The notes: a model not told the origin generated them from the letters alone. DNA of 64,000 nt from Flavobacteriales bacterium (GCA_020635695.1 JACJZH010000007.1:417-64416); one strand, 5' to 3'. Shown: positions 9,992-20,166, counted from the stretch's first letter. Made by a program: numbers and translations.

Positions 9992-11032
9992 ATGGCCAGC
10001 CCGGTGAAGAGCCCGCGTGGGATCGCCCTGCTGGTGTCCGGGGTGCTTGCCGTGGTGGTGGGCGTGTTGGGCGCCTTCCTCGGCCTGCCCAGCGGCCTGC
10101 CGGTCTGGGTGCCCTTGGTGCTCTCGGCCGCCGCGTTCGCCGCCAGCTATTTCGTGGTGAACTATGCCATCGAACGGTTCATCCACGACCGCATCCGGTT
10201 GATCTATCGCACGGTGCATGACCTGAAGACGGGCAAGAGCACCGCGCCCGAACTGGACATGGGCACCGACGTGCTGGGCCAGGTGAACACCGATGTGCTG
10301 GACTGGGCCACCGCCCGCCGCAGCGAGATCCGTGAGCTGCGCGAGCGGGAGAAGTTCCGCCGCGAGTTCATCGGCAACGTGGCCCATGAGCTGAAGACGC
10401 CCATCTTCAACATCCAGGGCTATATCCTCACCCTGCTCGAGGGTGGTCTGGAGGACGACAAGGTGAACCTGGACTTCCTGGAACGGGCCTCCCGCGGGGT
10501 GGACCGGCTGACCAAGATCGTGGAGGACCTGGACATGATCTCCAAGCTGGAGAGCGGGGTCATGGAGATGAGCATCGACCGGATGGACCTGACCGAACTG
10601 GTGCACGAGGTGTTCCAGGGCATGGAGATGCGGGCCAGGGAACGGGGTGTGACCCTGCGTACGCCCCTGAAGGACCCCGTGTGGGTGATGGCCGACCACG
10701 ACCGTCTGAGCCAGGTGCTGTACAACCTGCTGGCCAACGCCTGCAACTACGGCCGGGAAGGCGGTTTCACCGAGGTGCGCACCTTCGACATGGACGACCA
10801 GGTGCTGGTGGAGGTGGTGGACGACGGCATCGGCATCAGCCGGGAGCACCTGCCCCGGTTGTTCGAACGCTTCTACCGCGTGGGCAAGAGCCGTTCCCGG
10901 CACGAGGGGGGCTCCGGACTCGGTCTGGCGATCGTGAAGCACATCATCGATGCGCACGGCCAGTCCATCACGGTGAAGAGCAGCGAGGGCGAGGGCACCA
11001 CCTTCGCCTTCACCTTGCAGAAAGCCCGCTGA
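9992..11032 (+). CDS. Sensor histidine kinase (two TM segments, HisKA + HATPase_c)
   Basis: H-box FIGNVAHELKTPIF, N/G boxes (NLLANACNY; DDGIGI; GGSGLGLAIVK). It is divergent from the Na/Pi transporter. Confidence 0.85.
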   Translation: MASPVKSPRGIALLVSGVLAVVVGVLGAFLGLPSGLPVWVPLVLSAAAFAASYFVVNYAIERFIHDRIRLIYRTVHDLKTGKSTAPELDMGTDVLGQVNTDVLDWATARRSEIRELREREKFRREFIGNVAHELKTPIFNIQGYILTLLEGGLEDDKVNLDFLERASRGVDRLTKIVEDLDMISKLESGVMEMSIDRMDLTELVHEVFQGMEMRARERGVTLRTPLKDPVWVMADHDRLSQVLYNLLANACNYGREGGFTEVRTFDMDDQVLVEVVDDGIGISREHLPRLFERFYRVGKSRSRHEGGSGLGLAIVKHIIDAHGQSITVKSSEGEGTTFAFTLQKAR

Positions 11033-14000
11033 TCGGGCGTGGTGCCCGGAACACCTGCAACGGACCGCTGTTGTTCGCCACCACCAGCCAGGTGCCACCC
11101 GCATCGGAAAGCCTGACCAGGTCCCTGACGTTCCCATTGGCGAAGAAGCCCGAGCGGTCCACGGGCATGGCGGAGAAGGCGCCGCGACCGTCACCCAGCA
11201 GGACCAGTCCCGTGCCGGCGTCGTAGCGGACGGTCTCCACTTCCGCCCCCCAGTTGTTCCCGGCCACGATCAGGTCCACCTTCCCGTCACCGTTCACGTC
11301 AGCCGGCACGATGGCATTGATCGGAGCCGCCTGGGCGAGGTTGGGCAGGTCAACGGCCCGGAAACCTTCGGCCCCCTCGTTCAGGAACACGCTGCTGCGC
11401 ATGTGCCTTGCCGTCAGGTGGAGCGCCTTGTCAAGGTCCTCCCGGGTGTAGATGGCCGGCAGGTCGGCATGGGCGAACTCCTTGTAGGTGGGGAAACGGT
11501 CCAGGATCATCGGGCACTGTTGCGAGGAACACTCCCGGCCGCGGACAGGCAACACCGTTCCATCCTTCTCCTTGGCCAGGACGATGTCCGACCGGCCGTT
11601 GTCATCGAAATCCGCCCAGTACACATGGAGTGGATGCTCCTGGTCCGCGTGGAACTTGCTGTTCCACCCGAGGTTCCCGGCGATCAGGTCCTGGTCGCCG
11701 TCGCCGTCCAGGTCCTCGATCTCCAGGGCCGACCACCATCCCGTGTACCGATCGAGCCCCAGCGCTGCCGATCGATCGGTGAAGCGGCCACCTTCGTTCA
11801 TGAACACGGTGGGGTGCATCCATTCGCCCACGAGCACCAGGTCCGGGTCGCCATCCTGGTCCAGGTCCGCGAAGCGTACCGAGCTCACCATGCCCGGGCC
11901 GAGGGCCTCGGGTGCGAGTTCCTGGGTGGCATCGGTGAAGTGGCCCGAACCGTCGTTCACCAGCAGGTAGCTGCGCGGTGCGAAGGGGTAGTGTGCAGGG
12001 GTCTGTCTCCCGCCGATGTAGAGGTCCAGGTCGCCATCACCATCGATGTCCGCCGCATCGGCGCGCATGGCGCTGGTGATCAGCTTGGGAAGGGCGTCCG
12101 GGCGTTCGGAGAACCCTCCGCGGCCATCGTTCACGTAGATCCGCTGTTCGAAACGCGGATCGCGGATGTCATGCTCGTTCGACCCGGCGAGCAGGAGCAG
12201 GTCCGGGTCCCCGTCCTGGTCGGCGTCGAAGAAGAGCGCACCGACATGTTCCTGGTCCGCATGCGCCTGCCAGGGCTGGGAGGTGGCGGCCCGGAACCGG
12301 CCATCCGCCTGCCCGATCCACAGCCTGCAGGATGAGCCGTGCGAGGCGGTGACGAACAGGTCCGCCCTTCCGTCGCCGTTCACATCGGAGGTGGCCAGCT
12401 GGGGGGCGAGCTCGCTCATCTTGTGGGGAAGCAGCACCTCCAATCGGAAATCGTCATAGGGATCTTCCTCGTGCACATGGTGCAGGCCGATCGTTGCCGG
12501 GTCCGTATCGCGGAACAGGGGCGGGGGCGGGGGAGGTGGAGCGGTGTAGGGCACGGCGCTACGCTGGTCCACCACGAGCGTGGTGTCCACCGTCGGGGAG
12601 GTGAGGCGCGTGGTGCCCAGGGCCCCGCGGCCGGGCCAGTCCACGATCACTTCCTCCACGCGGTCGTCGGAACCCAACCCGAAATGGAGCACGGGTTCCA
12701 CACAGCCCTGGTATCCGCGTACCGGGCTCAACTCCTGGTACTGCTCACCGCTCTTCGTCCTGACCGTGACCTGCGCGCCCCAGGCGGTCCGTCCGTCCAC
12801 GGGTCGCAGCCGTACACGCAGGTGGTGGTTGCCCAGGCGGTCCGCATGGTTCTCATGGATGCCGGCAGGCTCGTCCAGGTTGTTCACCACCAGGTCCAGG
12901 TCGCCATCGCCGTCCAGATCGGCATAAGCGGCCCCGTTGCTGTTCACCGGTGAGCCGAGCCCCCAGTCCTGTGACGCATCGGTGAAGGTGAGGTCTCCCC
13001 GGTTCCGGAAGGCACGATTGCCGATGCGTGTGCTGGGTACCAGATCGAGGCTCCTGTAGAAGGCCTGCCCGGAACGCAGACTGTCGTACACCTCGCGCTG
13101 GTAGTCGTTGTCGCGGATGTCGTGCTTGAAACCGTTGGTGACGAAGAGGTCCTTGTGGCCATCATTGTCCAGGTCGGCGAACAGGGGTGCCCAGCTCCAG
13201 TCCGTGCGCGCCACGCCGGCAAGCTGCGCGATCTCGCTGAAGGTGCCGTTCCCGTTGTTGCGCTGCAGGGTGTTCACCATGTACTGGAAGAAATAGCCGC
13301 CGCGGACCAGCGACCAGAACTTGTCGGGTGCCATCCCGCTCATGTTCATCTTGCTGCGCACGTGGTCGTCCGCCGTCATGTCCAGCACCATGATGTCCGG
13401 AAGGCCGTCATTGTCCTGGTCGGCCACATCACAGCCCATGCTGAAGTTGCTGACATGGCGGGTCCTGCGCTGCAGTTCCTCGCTGAAGGTGCCGTCACCA
13501 CGGGCCATGTACATCAGGTCGGGCACGTCGAAGTCGTTGGCCACGTAGATGTCCTGTCTTCCGTCCCGGTCCAGGTCGGCCGCGCAGACACCCAGCCCGA
13601 AGGCATAGTTCTGTACGCCGGCCTCGTAGGTGATGTCCGTGAAGTGCCCGCCATCATTGCGGTACAGGCGGTCCGTCGGGGCTTCGCGCCGCATCACGGC
13701 GTCCAGCACACTGAAGTTGCTTTCACCACGGATCCGGTCCGCCGGATGCACGAGCAGGTACATGTCCAGGTCCCCATCGTCGTCCACGTCCAGGAAGGTG
13801 GCCTGGGTGGCATGGCTGGTGTCGGCCAGCCCGAGCTCCTCCGCCGCCTCGCGGAATTGCCAATCGCCCTGGTTCAGGTAGAGCAGGTCGCGTGTTCTCC
13901 GCGGGTCCTTGGTCGGACCGCCCCGGCACACATGGATGTCGAGCAGGCCGTCGCCGTTCACGTCGGCCATGGCCACGCCGGTGGACCAGCCTGGTGGGGA

Positions 14001-14357
14001 TGTGTCCAGCGCGGTTCCGGTCACATCCTCGAACCGCATGCCGCCCAGGTTCCGGTACAGCCGGTCCGGCACTTGATTGCCGCTCAGGTAGATGTCGGGG
14101 AGCCCGTCACCGTCCAGGTCGCCGAGTGCCACACCACCGCCGTTGTAGGCATAGATGTAGGTGAAGTAGTTCACTTCCGGGCTCTCCGTGATGGTGTTCG
14201 CGAAGTCGACGCCGGAATGGGCTGCGGGCACCTGCGTGAACAGGGGAGCCTGGGAGGGAAGTGCCGTCCGATCGACGGACCCGCCCGGGTCGCCGGCACA
14301 GGAGGCGATCAGCAGGCACAGGCCGAAGGCCCACCTGCCGGATGGATCGGGAGCCAT
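11010..14357 (-). CDS. FG-GAP/VCBS-repeat ASPIC-UnbV (CRTAC1-family) lipoprotein, paralog 1
   Basis: Lipoprotein signal (LLIASCAG), many DxDGDGxxD FG-GAP repeats, a UnbV/ASPIC-like middle region and a VRGRECSSQQCPMILDRF motif. Confidence 0.85.
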   Translation of the reverse strand: MAPDPSGRWAFGLCLLIASCAGDPGGSVDRTALPSQAPLFTQVPAAHSGVDFANTITESPEVNYFTYIYAYNGGGVALGDLDGDGLPDIYLSGNQVPDRLYRNLGGMRFEDVTGTALDTSPPGWSTGVAMADVNGDGLLDIHVCRGGPTKDPRRTRDLLYLNQGDWQFREAAEELGLADTSHATQATFLDVDDDGDLDMYLLVHPADRIRGESNFSVLDAVMRREAPTDRLYRNDGGHFTDITYEAGVQNYAFGLGVCAADLDRDGRQDIYVANDFDVPDLMYMARGDGTFSEELQRRTRHVSNFSMGCDVADQDNDGLPDIMVLDMTADDHVRSKMNMSGMAPDKFWSLVRGGYFFQYMVNTLQRNNGNGTFSEIAQLAGVARTDWSWAPLFADLDNDGHKDLFVTNGFKHDIRDNDYQREVYDSLRSGQAFYRSLDLVPSTRIGNRAFRNRGDLTFTDASQDWGLGSPVNSNGAAYADLDGDGDLDLVVNNLDEPAGIHENHADRLGNHHLRVRLRPVDGRTAWGAQVTVRTKSGEQYQELSPVRGYQGCVEPVLHFGLGSDDRVEEVIVDWPGRGALGTTRLTSPTVDTTLVVDQRSAVPYTAPPPPPPPLFRDTDPATIGLHHVHEEDPYDDFRLEVLLPHKMSELAPQLATSDVNGDGRADLFVTASHGSSCRLWIGQADGRFRAATSQPWQAHADQEHVGALFFDADQDGDPDLLLLAGSNEHDIRDPRFEQRIYVNDGRGGFSERPDALPKLITSAMRADAADIDGDGDLDLYIGGRQTPAHYPFAPRSYLLVNDGSGHFTDATQELAPEALGPGMVSSVRFADLDQDGDPDLVLVGEWMHPTVFMNEGGRFTDRSAALGLDRYTGWWSALEIEDLDGDGDQDLIAGNLGWNSKFHADQEHPLHVYWADFDDNGRSDIVLAKEKDGTVLPVRGRECSSQQCPMILDRFPTYKEFAHADLPAIYTREDLDKALHLTARHMRSSVFLNEGAEGFRAVDLPNLAQAAPINAIVPADVNGDGKVDLIVAGNNWGAEVETVRYDAGTGLVLLGDGRGAFSAMPVDRSGFFANGNVRDLVRLSDAGGTWLVVANNSGPLQVFRAPRPISGLSAR

Positions 14358-14361
14358 GCCA

Positions 14362-14369
14362 CGAAATTA
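14362..14369 (-). promoter_or_regulatory. -7 box variant TAATTTCG (minus strand)
   Basis: The forward sequence CGAAATTA lies 4 nt upstream of the ATG at 14357. Confidence 0.35.
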
Positions 14370-14377
14370 CTCCGCGA

Positions 14378-17300
14378 TCAACGGGCGCTCAGCAGGGAAC
14401 GCACCTCCTCCGGGCGGAACACCTGGAGCGGGGCGTTGTTGTTGGCGACCACCACGGCAGGCGTTCCTGCCGTGCCCAGGGGCAGCAGGAGAACATCCTT
14501 CGCGTTGTTCCAGGCGAAGATCCCACTGTTCCGGGTGGCGACCGGCTTGAAACCGCCCTGGCCATCTCCGAGCAGCAGCATGCCCACGCCGCCATCGTAA
14601 CGGATCGTCTCCACTTCAGCACCCCAATGGTTGCCGGCGATGACGAGGTCCGGATGACCGTCGCCGTTCCAATCCGCCACGGCAGTGCCCATGATGGGTG
14701 ACCGCTGGGCCTCCATGGGCAGTTCCCTGGCCCGCCAGCGCCCATTCCCCTCGTTGATGAGCACACAGCTCGTCATGTGCCGGGCCTGCAGGTGCAGGGC
14801 TTCCCCGAGCTTCTCCTGGCCATAGATGGAACCGAGATCGGCGTTCGCGAACGCATCATAGGTCGCGAACCGGTCCAGGATCATGGGACATTGCTGCGAG
14901 GAGCATTCGCGGCCCCGAACGGGCACCAGCTCTCCCTTGTGGTCCTTGGCCAGCACGATGTCCCCTCTGCCATTGCCATCGAAGTCGTTCCAGAACAAAT
15001 GGACCGGGTGGTCCGGGGTGCCATGGAACTTGGAGTTCCAGCCGATGTTGCCACAGACCAGGTCCAGGTCTCCATCGCTGTCCAGATCGGCAGGCTCCAG
15101 GGAGAACCACCAACCTTCGGTATCGGAGAGGCCCATGGTGCCTGTTCCGTTGGTGAAGCGCCCGCCTTCGTTCACGAAGCATGTCAGGGGCATCCATTCA
15201 CCGACCAGGAACAGGTCCGGGTCGCCATCCGAGTCGTGGTCCAGGAACGCGAGATCGGTCACCATGCCGGGGCTCGCCAGGTCGGGTGCGAGTTCATCGG
15301 TGGCATCCGCGAACCTGCCGCTGCCATCGTTCAGCAGCAGGTAACTGCGCGGGGCACGCGGGTACTGTCCGGGCACGACGCGCCCGCCCACGAACAGGTC
15401 CAGGTCGCCGTCACCGTCCACGTCCGCCGCCGCAGCGCGCATCGCGCTGGTCTGGAGCATGGGCAGGGCCTCGTCGCTGTGCTGGTACCGGCCCCCTCCC
15501 TGGTTCACGTACAGGCGGCTCTTGTACTGATCAGGGGTCAGGTCCACTTCATTGCTTCCACTGGCCACGAACAGATCGGGGTCCCCATCTCCGTCGGCAT
15601 CGAAGAACAAGGCACCCAGGTCCTCCCGGTCGGCATGCGAGCTCCACGGTTGCGAAGAAGCCTTGCGGAAGGTCCCGTTCGGGAGTTGGGTGAAGAGCGT
15701 ACCGGACTGGCCGCGGGCCCCGCCGACGAACAGGTCCGCGAGCCCGTCCCCGTTCACGTCCGCCGTAGCCATCAGGGGGCCGTTCTCGGACTGTTTGTGC
15801 GGCAGCAGCACCTCGTGGGCGAAATCATTGTAGGTGTTCTCCACATGCCGGTGGCCAAGGCCCACCTGATCGGCCACGGAGGCGAAGAGTTCCGGCGCCT
15901 TCGGGGTAGGACCGGGGCGGCGTGCCGTCGAGCGGTCCACTTGAACGGTTCCTGAAGAAACACCGGATAGCTCCGACACCATCCCATCAGGCCATTCCAC
16001 GCGAAGGTCCGCACCGGCCTGTTCTCCGACCCCGAAGTGCAGGACGGGCTCCACGCTGCTCTGGTACCCGCGCGTGGGCATCAGTTCCTGATACTGTGTG
16101 TTCCCGTCGGGCGTGGTAAGATGTACCCGGGCGCCATACGCGAGCGCTCCTTCACGTCCTTCCAACAGGACCCGGATGGACCGGCCCAGGCCACGATCCG
16201 ATGCCTGGTTCTCATACACCTCGGCGGTCACGTCCATGTTGTTGATCACCAGGTCCAGGTCCCCGTCGCCATCCAGGTCGCCGTAGGCGGCTCCATTGCT
16301 GTTCACCGAGTTCTTGAACCCCCAGTCCACCGATACGTTCTCGAAGCGCAGGTCCCCTTTGTTGCGGTACAGGTAATTGCGGACGCGATTCGCCGGAACG
16401 AGGGAAAAGACCCGCTCGAACGTCATGTTGGTCGGGTCCTGCGCCAGTTCCTTGGTGGCCCGCATGAAGTCGTTGTCGCGCATGTCGCGCTTGTAGCCGT
16501 TGGTCACGAGCAGGTCCTTCCAGCCGTCGTTGTCCAGGTCGGCCAGCAGGGGCGACCAGCTCCAATCCGTCTTGCTCATGCCTGCGAGCTGGCCCACATC
16601 GCTGAACGTGCCGTTGCCATTGTTCAGCTGCAGGGTGTTGAACATGTACTGGAGATGATACCCGGCCTGTACGACCTTCCAGAACCGGTCGGTGCTCATC
16701 CCGCTCATGTTCTTCTTGGAGCGCACATGGTCCTCGCTCACCATGTCCACCACCACGATGTCGGGTAGGGCATCGTTGTTGTAATCGGCCACATCGCAGC
16801 CCATGCCGAAGTTGGAGATGTGCCGTGTACGCTCCAGGATCTCGTCACGGAACGTGCCGTCGCCCTGGTTCAGGTACATGAAGTCCCGCTCGATGTAGTC
16901 ATTGCTCACATAGATGTCGGGCCATCCATTGCCGTCCAGGTCGCTGATCGCCACGCCCAGGCCGTAGCCCATGTTCCAGATGCCCGCCTCGGCGGTGATG
17001 TCGGTGAACCGGTCTCCGTCATTCCGATAGAGCCTGTCGGAAGGAGAAACACGCTTCTCCACCATCTGCTGGATCTCGATGTTGCTGTACTGCCGTTTCT
17101 TCTGCAGCGGGGTATTGATCACGAACAGGTCCAGGTCCCCGTCCTTGTCCATGTCGAAGAACGCGGCCTGCGTGCTCCGCGTCGTGTCCGCCACGCCCCA
17201 TGCCTGGGCCACCTCCTTGAACGTAAGGTCACCGTTGTTCAAGTAGAGCAGGTTGGTGCGTTGTTCCGGCTCGTCGTACCAACCGGCACGACACACGTAG

Positions 17301-17737
17301 ATATCCAGCAGACCATCGTTGTTCACATCGGCCATGGTCACCCCCGAATGCCAACCATCCTGCCCTCCAGGAATGGCGGTCTCCGTGATATCCTCGAACT
17401 GCATGTCCCCTTTGTTCAGGTACAGGCGGTCGGGTACGAGATTGCCGGTGAAGTAGATGTCCGGGAGGCCGTCTCCGTTGATATCCCCTACGGCGACGCC
17501 ACCGCCGTTGTACATGTACTCGTACACGTAATAGTTCTGTTGCTGATTCTCATTGATCGCGTTCTTGAACGTGATGCCACTGCTGGCCGGGTCCAATGAG
17601 ACGAACAGCGGTTCCGGGTCGTCAGGGGCCGACCTATTCGCGGCAACATCGGGTTCCTGACCTGCCCCGGAGCAGGCCTGTAGCAGGAGCAGCGTGAAGG
17701 AGGGAGCCACCATGACGGGGCGCAACGTGGGGACCAT
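14378..17737 (-). CDS. FG-GAP/VCBS-repeat ASPIC-UnbV (CRTAC1-family) lipoprotein, paralog 2
   Basis: Same architecture and colinear motifs as 11010..14357, including VRGRECSSQQCPMILDRF. Signal LLLLQACSG. An alternative ATG lies at 17713. Confidence 0.85.
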   Translation of the reverse strand: MVPTLRPVMVAPSFTLLLLQACSGAGQEPDVAANRSAPDDPEPLFVSLDPASSGITFKNAINENQQQNYYVYEYMYNGGGVAVGDINGDGLPDIYFTGNLVPDRLYLNKGDMQFEDITETAIPGGQDGWHSGVTMADVNNDGLLDIYVCRAGWYDEPEQRTNLLYLNNGDLTFKEVAQAWGVADTTRSTQAAFFDMDKDGDLDLFVINTPLQKKRQYSNIEIQQMVEKRVSPSDRLYRNDGDRFTDITAEAGIWNMGYGLGVAISDLDGNGWPDIYVSNDYIERDFMYLNQGDGTFRDEILERTRHISNFGMGCDVADYNNDALPDIVVVDMVSEDHVRSKKNMSGMSTDRFWKVVQAGYHLQYMFNTLQLNNGNGTFSDVGQLAGMSKTDWSWSPLLADLDNDGWKDLLVTNGYKRDMRDNDFMRATKELAQDPTNMTFERVFSLVPANRVRNYLYRNKGDLRFENVSVDWGFKNSVNSNGAAYGDLDGDGDLDLVINNMDVTAEVYENQASDRGLGRSIRVLLEGREGALAYGARVHLTTPDGNTQYQELMPTRGYQSSVEPVLHFGVGEQAGADLRVEWPDGMVSELSGVSSGTVQVDRSTARRPGPTPKAPELFASVADQVGLGHRHVENTYNDFAHEVLLPHKQSENGPLMATADVNGDGLADLFVGGARGQSGTLFTQLPNGTFRKASSQPWSSHADREDLGALFFDADGDGDPDLFVASGSNEVDLTPDQYKSRLYVNQGGGRYQHSDEALPMLQTSAMRAAAADVDGDGDLDLFVGGRVVPGQYPRAPRSYLLLNDGSGRFADATDELAPDLASPGMVTDLAFLDHDSDGDPDLFLVGEWMPLTCFVNEGGRFTNGTGTMGLSDTEGWWFSLEPADLDSDGDLDLVCGNIGWNSKFHGTPDHPVHLFWNDFDGNGRGDIVLAKDHKGELVPVRGRECSSQQCPMILDRFATYDAFANADLGSIYGQEKLGEALHLQARHMTSCVLINEGNGRWRARELPMEAQRSPIMGTAVADWNGDGHPDLVIAGNHWGAEVETIRYDGGVGMLLLGDGQGGFKPVATRNSGIFAWNNAKDVLLLPLGTAGTPAVVVANNNAPLQVFRPEEVRSLLSAR

Positions 17738-17881
17738 AATGGGAGGTTTCAGCGGTCATGAGCCGAAAAAGAAGATAGGTTCCTTCCTTGGGTTCCCACC
17801 AAGATAGAGCGTGGTGACTGCTCCGACCAAATCGGGGTCAGTGCTCCACCTCCTCCCAGAGCATGATCTCGCTCTCGTTGT

Positions 17882-19066
17882 TCACGCTGATCCTGGGATC
17901 CCGTCATAGACGGTGATCTTCCCGGTCACGCACACCTTTCGGTCCTGCAGGTAGGTCTCGGGGTCGTAACTGAAGTTGGGCCCGTTATGGTCCCACACGG
18001 TCACGTAGAAGTCCTGGTGCGGGTGCATGCGGTCCATGTTCAGGTACAGGGCATTGGCCTTGGCGGTACGCCGTGTGCTCACCACCGTGCCGCAGATGGT
18101 GGCCACGTTGCCGATGTGGTGCTTCGCCTGCACGGTGTTGAACATGCCACGTGGCAGGGGCGGGGGGATCGGCTCCATTTCCCCGAAGAAGGGGTCGCCC
18201 TCGTGGTACCAGACCTTCGGGTCGCGCTGGGCCTCGATCCGGTCCTCCACGGCATCATCCACGGCGGCGAAGAAGTCGATGCCGGTGAGCCGTTCCACGC
18301 TGTCGATCGGTACCGCGTAGCTGATCACGGGGTGATCGTTGAGGCCGTTCTCCATGAGGAACGCGATGCCCTTGGGTTCGGGCCCGTCCAGATCGGCCAG
18401 CACTTTGAAGAAGCGCGTGGGGATCCTGACCTGGTGGGTGGCCTTCGGGGTCTCCAGCACGGGAAGCCCATCCTCCAGCACGGGGCCGGTGACGATGTAG
18501 ACCCGCCCACCGCCATACCGCACGGTCCGCCGCACCCAGTCCTCCAGTTCGGCCCAGGCACCCCGGTTCAATTCGGGCTTCTGCGGGCTGATGTTCGAAT
18601 AGTAGTAGGTGGCGGTCATCGCGTCCCGGCTCCAACGCAGGTCCGCGCTCGGCACCAGGTGCCCGCGGTCATACCCGCTGAACCAGTAGTCATCGAAGTA
18701 GTTGCCGTTGGCGGGGACCAGGGGGTCGTTCAGGAAGGTGTCCACGCGGGCCAGGTTGCCGGTCACCACATCGGGGGTCACCAAATGCGCGGTCCACTTG
18801 GGCTGGCGGTGCTCCGGGCTGTATACCAGTACGTGACCGGGATGCTCGGTGACGGTCTCTCCGGCTTCCAATGCAGGCAGTCCGTTCTCCTTCAGGTCCT
18901 TCCGGATGATCGCGAGCTTGGCCGCTTCGATGGGGGCCAGCAGCGCCTCGCGTTCAGCGTCGAGTTCCTTCAGCTGCTGCTCCAGTTCCAGGAGTTGCTG
19001 TTCAGGTCCCTGGGAAAGGGCCGACAGGGACAGCGAGAGGAGGATCCAAAGGACGAAGGGGCGCAT
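17882..19066 (-). CDS. Secreted DNA/RNA non-specific endonuclease (NucA/EndoG family) with N-terminal coiled coil and C-terminal OB-like domain
   Basis: Signal peptide MRPFVLWILLSLSLSALSQ from the ATG at 19066. DRGHLVPSADL active-site motif and NISPQ..LNRG. The upstream 169 aa of the listed ORF overlap the next gene and look non-coding. Confidence 0.8.
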   Translation of the reverse strand: MRPFVLWILLSLSLSALSQGPEQQLLELEQQLKELDAEREALLAPIEAAKLAIIRKDLKENGLPALEAGETVTEHPGHVLVYSPEHRQPKWTAHLVTPDVVTGNLARVDTFLNDPLVPANGNYFDDYWFSGYDRGHLVPSADLRWSRDAMTATYYYSNISPQKPELNRGAWAELEDWVRRTVRYGGGRVYIVTGPVLEDGLPVLETPKATHQVRIPTRFFKVLADLDGPEPKGIAFLMENGLNDHPVISYAVPIDSVERLTGIDFFAAVDDAVEDRIEAQRDPKVWYHEGDPFFGEMEPIPPPLPRGMFNTVQAKHHIGNVATICGTVVSTRRTAKANALYLNMDRMHPHQDFYVTVWDHNGPNFSYDPETYLQDRKVCVTGKITVYDGIPGSA

Positions 19067-19070
19067 GCTC

Positions 19071-19078
19071 CAAAAGTA
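19071..19078 (-). promoter_or_regulatory. -7 box TACTTTTG (minus strand)
   Basis: The forward sequence CAAAAGTA lies 4 nt upstream of the ATG at 19066, which supports that start. Confidence 0.45.
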
Positions 19079-19089
19079 GACCGGAGGCC

Positions 19090-20166
19090 TCATTGGCCGA
19101 GCAGCTCCTCCAGGTCGTTGAGCGCTTCCTCCAACATGGGGTGTCCATCGGCCTTGGCTTCCCCCGAAGCTTGATCGCGAAGTCGTTCCCAGGCGTCCAT
19201 GACATCCAGTTCGTGCTGGTCCTGCACCAGGAAGCGTCCGGTACCGCGATGCAGGTGGCCGAGGTATTCCTGCTCCGCCTGGCCGGGTGTGGGGACCAGC
19301 AGCGCTGTACGGCCGATCGTCGCCAGGTCCATGAGCGTGGTATATCCGGTGCGCGACACGATCATGCGGGCGCTCCTCATGGCCGTCTCCAATTCCCTGG
19401 CAGGCAGGTGCGGAACGCGCTGCACGCCGCCGCGATCTCCGGCCCTCGCAGTTCCAGGTCTTCCGCGAACGAGCAGGTGCCTGCCCGGGATGGTGGCCAA
19501 CTGCTGTTCCAGGGCATCCTCGAACAGGCTGCGCTGCGGTTCGGGCCCGCTGACCACGGCCACGATGTCCCATTGCCGTTCAGGCGGAGGACCCGTGCTG
19601 GAGAACCGGCTCACCGTGCCGATGAAGCGCGCGTTCGCCGGCAGTTCGTCGTGATGCGCGAGTTCGCCCGAAAGTCCAGGCGCCATGGGTTCGTCCATCA
19701 CCCAGCAGCGGTGGAAACGCGCGATGTGGCGCAGGTTCAGCTTCCGCAGCGCAGGCTGCGCGATCGGCGTGAAGGGAAAGACCTGATGGGTGATCAGCAC
19801 GCTGGGCAGGTCCGGTGAACGCACCCCGAAACGCTGGTCGCTCACGACGCCGTCGAGCTTCAGTTCACCCCTCAGCCGGTCGAACAGCGCCTGCTCGGCC
19901 TGCACCGATCGCAGCATGGCCGGGAACTGCCGCAGCATGCTCCACAGCTGCGACCGCGACCGGGAGTATCGGATGTGCGCGCCGGGAATGCGAACGTGTT
20001 CCAGGTCGGGGAATTCGCCCCGCAGCAGTTCCAACGGGCCGCCATCCGCTCCGAGCACGACGTGTGCTCCCCGGGCCTGCAAGGCCTGAACGATGGGCAC
20101 ACAACGAGTGGCGTGGCCCAGGCCCCAGTCCAACGGGGCCACCAGGATGCGCTTGCCGTTCAGCAT
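19090..20166 (-). CDS. MurG-like/GT28-type glycosyltransferase (UDP-glycosyltransferase family)
   Basis: N-terminal ILVAPLDWGLGHATRCVPIVQAL and a C-terminal GT-B nucleotide-sugar motif region (PTPGQAEQEY). Confidence 0.75.
   Translation of the reverse strand: MLNGKRILVAPLDWGLGHATRCVPIVQALQARGAHVVLGADGGPLELLRGEFPDLEHVRIPGAHIRYSRSRSQLWSMLRQFPAMLRSVQAEQALFDRLRGELKLDGVVSDQRFGVRSPDLPSVLITHQVFPFTPIAQPALRKLNLRHIARFHRCWVMDEPMAPGLSGELAHHDELPANARFIGTVSRFSSTGPPPERQWDIVAVVSGPEPQRSLFEDALEQQLATIPGRHLLVRGRPGTARAGDRGGVQRVPHLPARELETAMRSARMIVSRTGYTTLMDLATIGRTALLVPTPGQAEQEYLGHLHRGTGRFLVQDQHELDVMDAWERLRDQASGEAKADGHPMLEEALNDLEELLGQ

Noticed and set aside
17882-19573. N-terminal extensions of listed ORFs: nuclease 19067-19573, tyrS 3729-3944, murD 37661-38272, ftsZ 45102-45911, ftsA 44503-44586, trmB 19975-20283, hmuY-like 55048-55944, and histidine kinase 9890-9991.
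   Set aside because: The extensions overlap upstream genes or are Arg/Pro/Gly-rich read-through. Internal ATGs coincide with canonical N-termini or signal peptides, and often with a TAnnTTTG box just upstream.
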